DNA of 61,901 nucleotides from Perkinsus olseni (Eukaryota): NCBI GenBank assembly GCA_013115125.1, contig JABANN010000022.1, positions 62,001 to 123,901 of the forward strand, read 5' to 3'. Shown piece by piece: positions 52,886 to 61,901 of this stretch (position 1 is its first letter; each line of letters starts with the position of its first letter). The notes under the pieces were generated by a model. It saw only the letters and a program-made list of their open reading frames with translations, ran no database searches and was not told where the DNA came from. The position numbers and the translations under genes were made by a program.

Positions 52886-54518
52886 ATGATTGTTTTCCTA
52901 ACTTTCCTGGGTGCTGTGAGCCTCGCTCAAGTTGCTAACCCTTGGAGTGCTGACTATCTCTCATGCGAGCATGCTCATATTGCATCTAAATACGTGTCGA
53001 ATTCCCAGTGGTTCCAGGTGAGTAATTGTCTCTGATTGGGGTTGCTAGGCATTGGTTGCTCCACGTGTAGGAGCGGCTCTCGAGGGCCCCCGCTTTGATT
53101 GGCCATTCGGCCGGCTTGATTCGACACGTGGTGACGCACGCCATTCTCAGGACTGGTTCGTTTACCACAACTTTTTCCCCTGGAAGCGAAATCTGACATT
53201 TGTGGATATCGGAGCATTTCATCCCTTCATGTTAGTTGAAACGCAGTCGAAGGTTCTTTGTGAAAAGCTCTCTCGTCAAATCAGGTACTCTAACTCGTTG
53301 GTGTTCGAGAGGTGTTTCGGTTGGCGGGGAGTTTGTGTTGAGCCCAACCCAACTGTAAGTGGGCGCAACGGCGATGCCCTTTGACCTTCTGCTGAACATT
53401 GATAGTATTCTCTCATCTTTCCGTCGAGAAAATCTGACCCTCTTGCTTGGAGAGCGCACCACGAGGTGAGGTGTTGCGCCTGTTGATCGTGTTAAAGTTA
53501 CATAGACTGTCGACTAAGTGAACGATTCCACAGTCCGACGTTCTGAGCCACCGCATGTGGTGCAATGGTAGCGTGTATGACTTCGGATCAAACGGTTGTC
53601 CGTTCTAATCGGGGCAACTTCTCTACGTTGCCTTGTAAGCTCGCTGCTGAGGTGCGGGTCGGTCCTGTGGCGCAACGGTAGCGCATCTGACTCCAGATCA
53701 GAAGGTTGTCCGTTCGAATCGGGCCGGGGTCATATCGTTGATGTCGCGGATGATATATCGCGTGCCTCAGAGAGCGCCTCCTCTGTGTTGCCTCGTAAGC
53801 TCGCAAGTATCGAGCGGCTTGGCCTCGTGCCACAGAGGGACTTTGAGGTGACGCGTCTTACAGTGAGCGACTTGAACAATTCCCGTCTGCTCGCTCTTCG
53901 ATTCATTCATAACTACTGCTCGCTCTCTGAACAGGTGTACGGCCTCTTCCACGAATCTCGGAGCTGTCTCCTACTTCCGAACTGTGCCTACTCGGAACGG
54001 AAGAACATGTCTTTAGTGATAGGCCTGGACCCCATCGAAGCCCGGGTGACAGAGGCCGAGTCTCATTCTGCGGGCACACCCCACTCGGGGACTACCTATG
54101 CTGCTGAGTGCTTGCCGCTTGGGGACATAGTTCGAGCAGCAGGATCTCAGACAATCGATGTAGTTGCTCGAGGATGGGTTCTCGGTCCATGGGCTCCATC
54201 TTACCTGAGTGTGTCCATCAGCGGGCATTGTGATGGCATCACGATCACCAGCCGGAGTGCCGCCGTGAAACCGTTGGATTTTAGGTGCTTTTCTTGGACG
54301 CTGAAGGCAGTGAGGTGGCTATCCTTGGTGGGTACAACTTCCAAGCGGAACCAGAGATCCGAGTTATAGTCGTTGAGGCGAGCGACCCGAGGAGGTACAT
54401 TGAGCTAGAGCAGATATTCTACAGAAATAGCTACGTCAAAGTAGCTGTTCTTGGTGGCGACTGGGTGTTCGCCAAACTTGACAGCATTCTTCCTAACTCA
54501 GAGCATGTTCTCGATTGA
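52886..54518 (+). CDS. FkbM-family (Methyltransf_21) methyltransferase with signal peptide, multi-exon
   Basis: Signal-like MIVFLTFLGAVSLA; HSQDWFV..TFVDIGA...SNSLVFERCFGWRGVCVEPNP; RSCLLLPNC; CLPLGDI..IDV|LFLDAEGSE..IRVIVVE. Confidence 0.85.
53551..53622 (+). pseudogene. Degenerate tRNA-Trp-derived pseudogene (loop reads CTTCGGA, anticodon position TCG)
   Basis: Colinear without indels with the tRNA-Trp 110 bp downstream; acceptor stem cannot pair, with mismatches in the anticodon and T stems and T-loop TTCTAAT. Confidence 0.75.
53627..53644 (+). promoter_or_regulatory. Candidate upstream element GTTGCCTYRTRAGCTCRC at -34 from tRNA-Trp (also at 55201-55218 and 53787-53804)
   Basis: GTTGCCTTGTAAGCTCGC (53627), GTTGCCTCGTAAGCTCGC (53787), GTTGCCTTATGAGCTCAC (55201); same offset to both intact tRNAs. 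Function is inferred. Confidence 0.5.
53661..53732 (+). tRNA. tRNA-Trp(CCA), inside an intron of the FkbM gene
   Basis: Full cloverleaf: GGTCCTG/CGGGGTC acceptor (3 G-U pairs), D arm GCGC/GCGC, anticodon stem TCTGA-CTCCAGA-TCAGA, T arm GTCCG-TTCGAAT-CGGGC. Confidence 0.93.
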
Positions 54519-55234
54519 GTCAACGTCGACTATCATTCGGTTGAGTTAGAGTAGCAGATCTGGGACATAGTACTGGAGTACGATATTCTGAGAAGAATCG
54601 CATTGGCCCGGTGTATCGATGGATACCTCATAGTGGGATATCAAAAACTGCTCCCAGCTATGGCTGATTATTGTGGAAAGCTCTACCCCAAAAAGCCCAG
54701 ATAGCAAATGGATGAGAAAGTTAATGGGCCAGCTGGATTGGACAGCACGTGTGCTTGGAGGTACAGTTCGAACCGGAGTCCACATGATGAGTCTGTGATG
54801 GAGTCTGTCCGGAGTCTGTGATGTCTTGTGTTCGAGTTGAGGTTCGGCACGCAAAGGCAATGAACGGTACATGTCGAATATTCGCGTGCCGACAGGGAAG
54901 CAATCGAGTCCTGAAGATGATGCTCAAGGTGGCGCATCGAAGACAGGCATGCGTGATGATGATGGTACGCAGAATTCTTCGCCAAGCGCAAGCAGATACT
55001 GCAACCATATCTTGCTGTAGCCTACAGGATGCGGACTGGGAGGTGAAATACGAAGTGGAGAAAATCAGCCTTCGAGACACCGTGTCGTCAACAGCGCTAG
55101 TATTCTTGTTAACGTGAAGGGGTGTTGCTCTTTTCATCGTGTGCAATACCGCTATGTTATCTGATGATGGTGTGCATGTTGTGCAGATCGACTGTATTGT
55201 GTTGCCTTATGAGCTCACACAACCTGAGTAGTTC

Positions 55235-55306
55235 GGCCCTGTGGCGCAACGGTAGCGCATCTGACTCCAGATCAGAAGGTTGTCCGTTCGAATCGGGCCG
55301 GGGTCA
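55235..55306 (+). tRNA. tRNA-Trp(CCA), intergenic copy
   Basis: Identical to the 53661 copy except position 3 (C, a better acceptor pair); TTTT about 45 nt downstream. Confidence 0.96.
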
Positions 55307-55859
55307 TAGTTGAGCAGACGTATGCCTACGATTAGGGAGCTCCTGGACATTTTGATAAGCCGGCATGGACTATGCCTCGCCCGGCATTGATCCCGATAAA
55401 GCCTGAACGACGATGCCAAATTAGTTTCAGCGACTGTACCCTACCGTGGCGGCACCCGATGTGCTGAGCACTTTTCCTCAGATACAGGCTATGAGCAGCA
55501 GAAGGAACACCCGATTGAAACCCGAACACAACACGAAAGAATGATACTTCCAGAAGATTCGCATTGCCTGTGTGAAATCACGGACAGACTTCTCCACAAC
55601 CGGAGACCGGAAACTACTCCGAGCCTCCAGGTGCAATAATTTTCGTCTACGTTGTAATTCTTGGCTACAGAGAATGCGCTCAGTCGGCGTCCACTGGGTA
55701 CGCCATTAAAGTGGTGCTGTAATGTAGCAACTCATACAGACCGTCTTGGAATTAAAGCGATTACAAATAATTCTCGAATAACGTTATACTGGCGAGACGC
55801 ACACTACAGAGTAGAGTAGCTCTTTACTGAGTATAATAATGAATTCGGGGGGGGGGGCT

Positions 55860-57830
55860 GCCACCAACTCAGTGTGTCGCATCGATACCGGAGGCGGGCG
55901 CCAACAACTCTGGATGGGCTCTGACAAGCTGGCCTATCAATACCTACCACCGCAGCCGAACAAGTCGAGGACGCATAGCTACCGTCACCACTCACATTAG
56001 TGATGTCACGAGAGTCGGGTTCGGCTCCCAGGGAGGCGGCCTCCAAGAGGGACTGCAGCATCAGGGCAGCTTCCGATCTGTGAACAGCAACTAATAGATC
56101 AGAAGGGGCATACCATCTACCTGGTGAGGCTCGACATATCCCAGCCGCCAGCTTCAACGTTGGGAGACTTGGGTGTCGGCACCTGAGACGGTAGCCATAC
56201 CCGGGTGGCCCTCCGCGGGCGGCTTTACTTGCAGTCCGCCGTGGCTTCTCCCAGAGTGGGGAGTTACCAAATGTCTAGGTATGGTTGGGGTACTGCTGTT
56301 CTTGAATAGCTCGGCATCAGAGGGAGAAGTGGCGAAGCAAGGGGTGCGGGTCTGATGGGCATCCACTCGCTCCAACGAGAGGCGGCCGGCTCACCATGCC
56401 AAGGATCTCAGTAGGGTCTACACTGAAGAGGCTTCCCCGCCTAGCAAGTGCAGCTGGCGCTGGCTCCTCCACAGGCGATGCGGCCGGGCCCGCCGACTCT
56501 GAGCTCGTTAGTTGCCAAGCAAGCCACGGGATTCCGCTGGAAACTCACCGTCCCCATCACTGATGATGCTGAGAGTGCTGCCTCGTCTACCGCCTTGAGA
56601 ACTCCCATCGGCGGTGGTAGGGCTGCAACGAGATGAATACTTGAACATCAATGGCTGCTTTCAGCCTTACCAGGCAATTCTAACAGCAGGATTGACGCCA
56701 TGCTGCGCCATCCTCTCCAGCCCGGACGTGTCGAAGAGCGGAATAGCGCGCATGAATGGCCCGGAGTCTCGCATGCCCTCACAAGGGATGGTGTTTGATG
56801 ACCTGCAAGGACTCCAAGCAGGTTTCATTCCTGCCCGATGATCTCACTCGCTGACGAACGTCACCGCACTGCTCCTTCTAGTGCTGACCTCAGCATACTC
56901 CGATCCAGAGGTGCCTGCTGCTGCAGTCAGACAGGCTCCGCTTAGCGCTGCCTGTGACACACTCACGCCACCACCATTTACAGACAGGCTCATCTGAGGA
57001 CGGAGCTGCAGACGGTTGGATAAGATACGCATTACGTCTGGCACGCTGCTTCGCCTCCTAGCTGCGAATCTCGGTGGAGCTAGGAGCGTGTTGCTGCTGG
57101 TGAGCGCAACCCTGTAAGAAGCACTACTGCCCAGAAGTAGCTTCGGCTTGGCACCTTTCATTGGCCTTCGATGGCGAGTTCGTGGCGGGGTCCAATTGGG
57201 AGGTCGATTCGGTGTCGGAGCATCCTGCAGTGGTATCGGAGGACAGCGACAAGACAACGGGCTTACTGGTGGAAATGGAACCTCTCGTCGACCCCCTTCG
57301 CGTGAGCAGGTCCGGATGTTTGGCGAGTATCGACTGAGGCATCGCATCATGAGGCAACTGAGTGGCTGAAGACACGCACCTTGAGTGTCTCGTCACCATC
57401 TTCAGAGGGGGCTCCTCGGCATGTTCTCATTATGAGGGACGCGAGAGTGCGGGCTGCCTCGGCTCGGCTGTGGGCAGAGGGCTCGGAGCAGCCTCTCTGA
57501 CCAGCTGTAGTGTGCATGATAACCAGGGGCGAATTCTGATGATCCGCGCTGTGTCGATTGACCCAACTCGAACTCAGCACCCAGTCCGTCCATGCTCCCG
57601 TTCTTGACCCGATCCCGACTAACGTGCATGAGTCATGCAACATGTCTTCGAAAATCGAATCCCTCCTCCGATAGTATCGATGAGAAGGGGATGGTGTGAA
57701 AGATTTGAGGGCCAGAACATAAACGGGTCATTGAGGAACGCCTCTTCACAGTCATCTCCTACACTTTCCCTCGGGGCCACGACTAGCCCGTTGTACTGAG
57801 GAGGAGTCGTGCTGACGGCTCCCCCACCCA
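55860..57830 (-). other. Possible multi-exon Ser/Pro-rich gene or transposon cargo, unresolved
   Basis: GC-rich, coding-like stretch with several minus-strand ORFs (e.g. 56844-57350) and GT-AG candidates; no domain recognised. Confidence 0.3.
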
Positions 57831-58453
57831 CGACGGAATACGAATTGCACAGAATTCACCGCTAAGCATGCACTGCCGCAGGAATTGCGAAATCGCTCGC
57901 CCTCAATTCACGACTAACCAACTACAATCAGAAAGGTCGCGTTGCTGAATACTCCTACGAATGACTACACGTATTACTGAAAAAACGGTGAAGTTGCCTA
58001 GTGTTTCATGAAACCATTGGCGGATGAAACCACGAAATACTGAAAGTGCAGCTGAATCCCAGCACCGCAGCACGAATGGTGGATTGACAGAAGTGTCGCG
58101 ACACTGAATGTCCAGGGTACCGAAACGGTGGAGGACGGTGCGCGAAACGTCAACGGAATCCACCGTCGACAGAAATAACGTGCATGAGCTAAGAGCTAAA
58201 AGCTTAGAGACAAAAAAATGCAGTTTTTGCCTTTTTTTGCCTTACATCCTGAAATGCAGGTGTGCAGCGCACTGTGTGCTCACAATGTAATAAATCAAGT
58301 AATCAATGGTTCTTTCTTACGATGATCGCGGTGGCATTATGACCAGCTTCTTCCTCACTTAAAGTGAGTCACTTTCAACGCAACACAGTGCTGGAAGATT
58401 AATTCAACGGAAACGAAGAACTTCATATACCTGCATTAAGTATAATCCACAAC

Positions 58454-59190
58454 TTACAACGTGATCTTCCGCCGAGGGTTGTAGACAGGTTTCGCCTCAC
58501 TGGCTGATAAGCGGGGAAACTGCCTAGCACGCTTTTCTTCAATGCAAGAAATAATATGCTGCCGCATGTCGGACTCCCGAAACCTTGCTTGGCTGGGTTG
58601 GACGCCACCCAAGCAGAACTCAGTGCAGAAGGCGAGGCAAAATGCCCCACATAATTTGGATAATGGACTCTGTTGTTGAACAGACAATATTGTCACCTCT
58701 ACCCCAACGCCATATATGCTCTTCAGCTGGTCCATCATCCCCTTGTCAGGCTTCGAACTGGGGCACAGGGAGTCGCAGAAGTAAACGCGGCCGCGCTTTA
58801 CAACCGTACAGGCATAGTGACCAGCGTCGACATCTGCTAGCGGTTGGACAAAGAGGTCGATAGAAGCCAAGGAAGCAGATGGGATAGGCGGATAATGTGG
58901 TTGCTGAGCGTGGAGCAGCATACCAGCAAGAGGCATAGGATCCCGCCATAGTTTCTTCCGCAGAGTCAGCAGTCTCATCCAGAAGTCTATCACCGCATCG
59001 GAAATGGGGATACCAGCTGAGCCTAGCTCGTCACGGTCTTCAAAGCTGACAGAACGCCGGCCGGGCCGGCCCCTGGTGTTGATACCTGCTATTTCTTGCC
59101 AATAGCCGTGCCCACTCTGCCCGTTGGAACCGGGTCCCGACCCAGCGTTAGGGCTCACAGGCTGTGAAGAATCTTGCGCCGTCGAGGGGA
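58454..59190 (-). CDS. Ulp1/C48-like (clan CE) cysteine protease domain; last exon of the predicted transposase fusion
   Basis: ISDAVIDFWMRLL (Ulp1 WLxDxVIxFY-like), GHYAC (catalytic His), YFCDSL (Asp), QQQSPLSKLCGAFC (oxyanion Gln and catalytic Cys). Confidence 0.82.
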
Positions 59191-59933
59191 CTGAAGACAA
59201 GTTCCGTGAGAAAGTCCTGGTCGACCGCGGATCCTCGCGACCATTCACGGTAAACGACCGAGATTCAGCGACAGTTCTCACCTTGGGTATCGTCACCTAC
59301 GACTTCGTCTTGCTGAGTCGTCGGGGGCATGTTCACACTGGGGGATGGTGAGTCTAACCAAAGGAGAACTCTGCCGTGATATCAGCGTGAAACACATAAT
59401 GAGTCTTCACCTGAGTTGGAGCCTCTGTCGGGCGGTTGCTGCACTGAGGTGGGAGCGCATTGCGAAAAGCTCGGAGCAGCGTCAGGACTTCCGGATGAGG
59501 CATGAACGGGAGCCGATAAATCAGGGCCACCTGGAAGGGTCACAATCACAGTAATTGAATCACTGCTTTACCGGACAATGCCGGGCTTACCAGCTCCTCT
59601 CGGCGCACTTGGGTTTGATTGTACCAAGGCTGTAGCAGTGGGTCCTAACGGCTGACCTGCGAATCATGGCGTGTCATGATCGTAAATTGAATGGAGAAAG
59701 ACTCACTTGAAGATGACGAAGCAGCGTACGGGTAGGAACGATGCGAGCTCCTCCCTGCGGTATCTGAAAATATTAAGAAGATGAACATAACTCGGTCGAT
59801 AAAAGCTCCGATTCGGACGAACGCTCTCGCAACACCTACCGGCAGCCGCATTAGATGAGGATCGCGCCCTGAAAGGCATCAGTGGCGCGGATATTTGAGA
59901 TCCTCGTCGAGCTTGGAAAGAGCCTTGACCTGT

Positions 59934-61631
59934 TTAGAAATATGCTACGCACACCACGTAATCTGACGGGGACTTACTAGGGGCTCTGTTGTCAGCTTGG
60001 CGTGAACGCGCTGAAGAACCACGAACTGGCGCAGGAACTTCATCCCAAGGAAAGGGAAAGGGCTCGAGCTCAGCTTCTCCATCAGACGCATCTGGGGGCG
60101 TCAGCCTTCTCATATGGCCCCGTGCAACGAAGAACCAGTCCTCCAGGTTGTCAGCATCGACATCAACTTGAATAAGGGCATAGAGCGCTGCATCGGTCAC
60201 TTCGTAATAAGGCTTCCGGCGCACCCTGTCTCCTCTATCCAGGTTGCTCATCTTCACCCGTTGTTGGCTGAGGCACCGGATGACGTTCTCGATCCACCTC
60301 CACACCCCCGGATGGGGAGGGGTTCCGGCATTCCAGCAACGGTGCCATCCTTCTTGGCAGTTCGTTGTCCTGCACCGACCTGTCTCCACCCTTCTCTGGT
60401 TCCACTGCTTCACAGGATATAGAGCATTGGGCCGAACATACCACTCCGATAAGTAGGACACTATGTAGTCGTAGTCGGGAGCGTCGAGTTCCTGGCATGC
60501 CGTCAGTAGGGCCGTAGGTTCCAAGTCAACGGGCAAGAAGGCAAGCGCCAATATATTATAATAACAACGAGCCCTTTTGCTCCGCAAGTGCCTCTCAGAG
60601 TGAGCAAACATGCGGAGCTTTCGAAATCTCTTGAGAACGTTCTTAGAGAAATGAAAGAAGCATAATGTTATAAGAGAGTCGACATCGCTATCTGCAACAG
60701 CCAAATTACCGAAAGCTTTGCAAAATTCACTGATAGCGGCATGCTCGAAGTCAGCTATGCAGCTGTTAATACGGAGACCACGAAAGAGAGGCAATAGTTG
60801 TCGAAACACGTATTCATAAGAGGATTTTTGGCGGTTCGCCATTAATATGAAAATACTCGGACACATGGCGGATGAGGATCTATGTCGGAGAAGGAGACTG
60901 TATTGTTGCCCCCAAAGGGGGCAACAGGACGAAAACGTCCCGTCGGCGCTGAGGTCAATGGAAGCCTGGCCTTGGGTAATGGAAGTAAAAAGGCCCGGAG
61001 AAAGGAATATCAAACATCTATTAACATCGTTGATGCCGCTATCATGATACAAGATATCTTCCTCAACCAATTTCCCATCAGGACCAGGGCCAAAACAGGC
61101 TTTGGAGTACTTCAAGGGTATCTCGAAGCCTGTGCGGTGACGAGGATTCGGTGGCCTGGGATTGTTCTTCTGCATAACCCTTCGAATATGCTCCAAGCAA
61201 GTCTCCATGGTCGGCAGCTGCTCCAGCGTCTGCGGCGATGCTTGGGTTGTGAACTCATCATAAATATCCCTGGGAGTTAGCTTGTCAGAGGCGGCCCCGG
61301 AGCAGACGAACGTGTCCATACTGATACGCAGATGGTGGCCGTCGGCGTTCCTCCTCCCACAAGTGTGCTCTTTGACCTCTTTCAGCAAGCTGAGTTCCAC
61401 CGAGTCATCATATACATCACCGTAGATAACCAGCCTGGAAGCGCAACTTATGGCCGGGCTGGTCGCAGTCCGTCTGCGGGTGCGCTGGCAGGCCCAGTAG
61501 CTGGTGCCAGCCGGTGCTCCACGAGAGGGAGTGTCATCCTTGTAGAGGAAGCCATTATATACCACATATATACCATCGCAGAAATTGGGCAGGACATAGA
61601 GCCGACCATCTTCGAGGGGCGCGTAAGACAT
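59934..61631 (-). CDS. Mutator-family (MULE) DDE transposase with N-terminal FLYWCH/WRKY-like zinc finger
   Basis: YNGFLY..YWAC..CASRL..EHTC..H zinc finger; SADGTF (D1), IFILM...YEYVF, IADFEHAA (D2), LCFFHF (CxxH), RTTNCQEGWH (E); uninterrupted ORF. Confidence 0.92.
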   Translation of the reverse strand: MSYAPLEDGRLYVLPNFCDGIYVVYNGFLYKDDTPSRGAPAGTSYWACQRTRRRTATSPAISCASRLVIYGDVYDDSVELSLLKEVKEHTCGRRNADGHHLRISMDTFVCSGAASDKLTPRDIYDEFTTQASPQTLEQLPTMETCLEHIRRVMQKNNPRPPNPRHRTGFEIPLKYSKACFGPGPDGKLVEEDILYHDSGINDVNRCLIFLSPGLFTSITQGQASIDLSADGTFSSCCPLWGQQYSLLLRHRSSSAMCPSIFILMANRQKSSYEYVFRQLLPLFRGLRINSCIADFEHAAISEFCKAFGNLAVADSDVDSLITLCFFHFSKNVLKRFRKLRMFAHSERHLRSKRARCYYNILALAFLPVDLEPTALLTACQELDAPDYDYIVSYLSEWYVRPNALYPVKQWNQRRVETGRCRTTNCQEGWHRCWNAGTPPHPGVWRWIENVIRCLSQQRVKMSNLDRGDRVRRKPYYEVTDAALYALIQVDVDADNLEDWFFVARGHMRRLTPPDASDGEAELEPFPFPWDEVPAPVRGSSARSRQADNRAPSKSPSDYVVCVAYF

Positions 61632-61901
61632 ATTCCGAATACCCTGAGGGAAAGATGAGGTGAGCGGGTACGGAGGCTTGCCGAAGGGGCACAATGGCGA
61701 TCAGAAAAAGGTAAAAATGATAGACTGTCGTGGGTCCCACTCATTGTACTGAAGAATTAAAACGGTAGCACGGGTTGGAGCACCATATTTGGCACTGAGT
61801 TGGCAATAGCGACCGCTGCGCGGTCGTGCGCGGGGTGTGGCGATAGACGTTGCAGGAACAGCGCAAGACGCCATCGCCTGTGGAGAAAGGACCGCGGGTT
61901 G

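Larger units (their letters stand above)
58454..61901 (-). mobile_element. Mutator/Phantom-like DNA transposon carrying a Ulp1-like protease (ends not defined)
   Basis: Intact MULE transposase plus C48 protease on the same strand. No clear long TIR or TSD within the window; the element may extend left to ~55.8 kb and right beyond the window. Confidence 0.8.

Noticed and set aside
53685-53705. Possible UGA-reading tRNA-Trp variant with a shortened anticodon stem
   Set aside because: The anticodon stem is a canonical 5 bp (TCTGA/TCAGA) with CCA, and no in-frame TGA recoding was needed in any gene here.
53596-54369. 257-aa ORF running through tRNA-Trp
   Set aside because: The 5' part translates intron and tRNA sequence; only the part from 53935 is a real FkbM exon.

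Overview
Gene-dense, intron-rich eukaryotic genomic DNA with many short (~30-90 nt) GT-AG introns. Protein style points to an alveolate, most likely Perkinsus or a relative; this is inference, not a database result. About 20 protein genes can be reconstructed by manual splicing. 1-13 kb, minus strand: MICU1-like, GRWD1/RRB1 and AP-1/2 beta-adaptin. 13-40 kb: cytochrome b5, ALAS, a single-domain voltage-gated cation channel with EF-hands, GH38 alpha-mannosidase, an unknown protein, dUTPase, an ankyrin-TKL kinase, SAH hydrolase, AcnA/IRP-type aconitase and GAPDH. 40-55 kb, plus strand: PGS1, organellar ribosomal protein S6, an unknown protein, a GSTCD-like methyltransferase, a membrane RING-H2 ligase, a DnaJ protein and an FkbM methyltransferase. 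There are two tRNA-Trp(CCA) genes and one tRNA pseudogene. The last ~6 kb holds a Mutator-type (MULE) DNA transposon. Most notable observations: (1) the MULE transposase can be spliced in frame through six phase-1 introns to a Ulp1-like (C48) protease, giving a ~931-aa fusion, while retention of intron 1 gives transposase alone; (2) a tRNA cluster lies inside a methyltransferase intron, and an 18-nt motif sits at exactly -34 from both intact tRNA genes, with a third copy in front of a structured non-tRNA sequence (candidate new small RNA); (3) spliceable N-terminal or cassette exons suggest isoform-based retargeting of aconitase and DnaJ. Coordinates of multi-exon genes are whole-gene spans; exon structures are predictions from manual reading.
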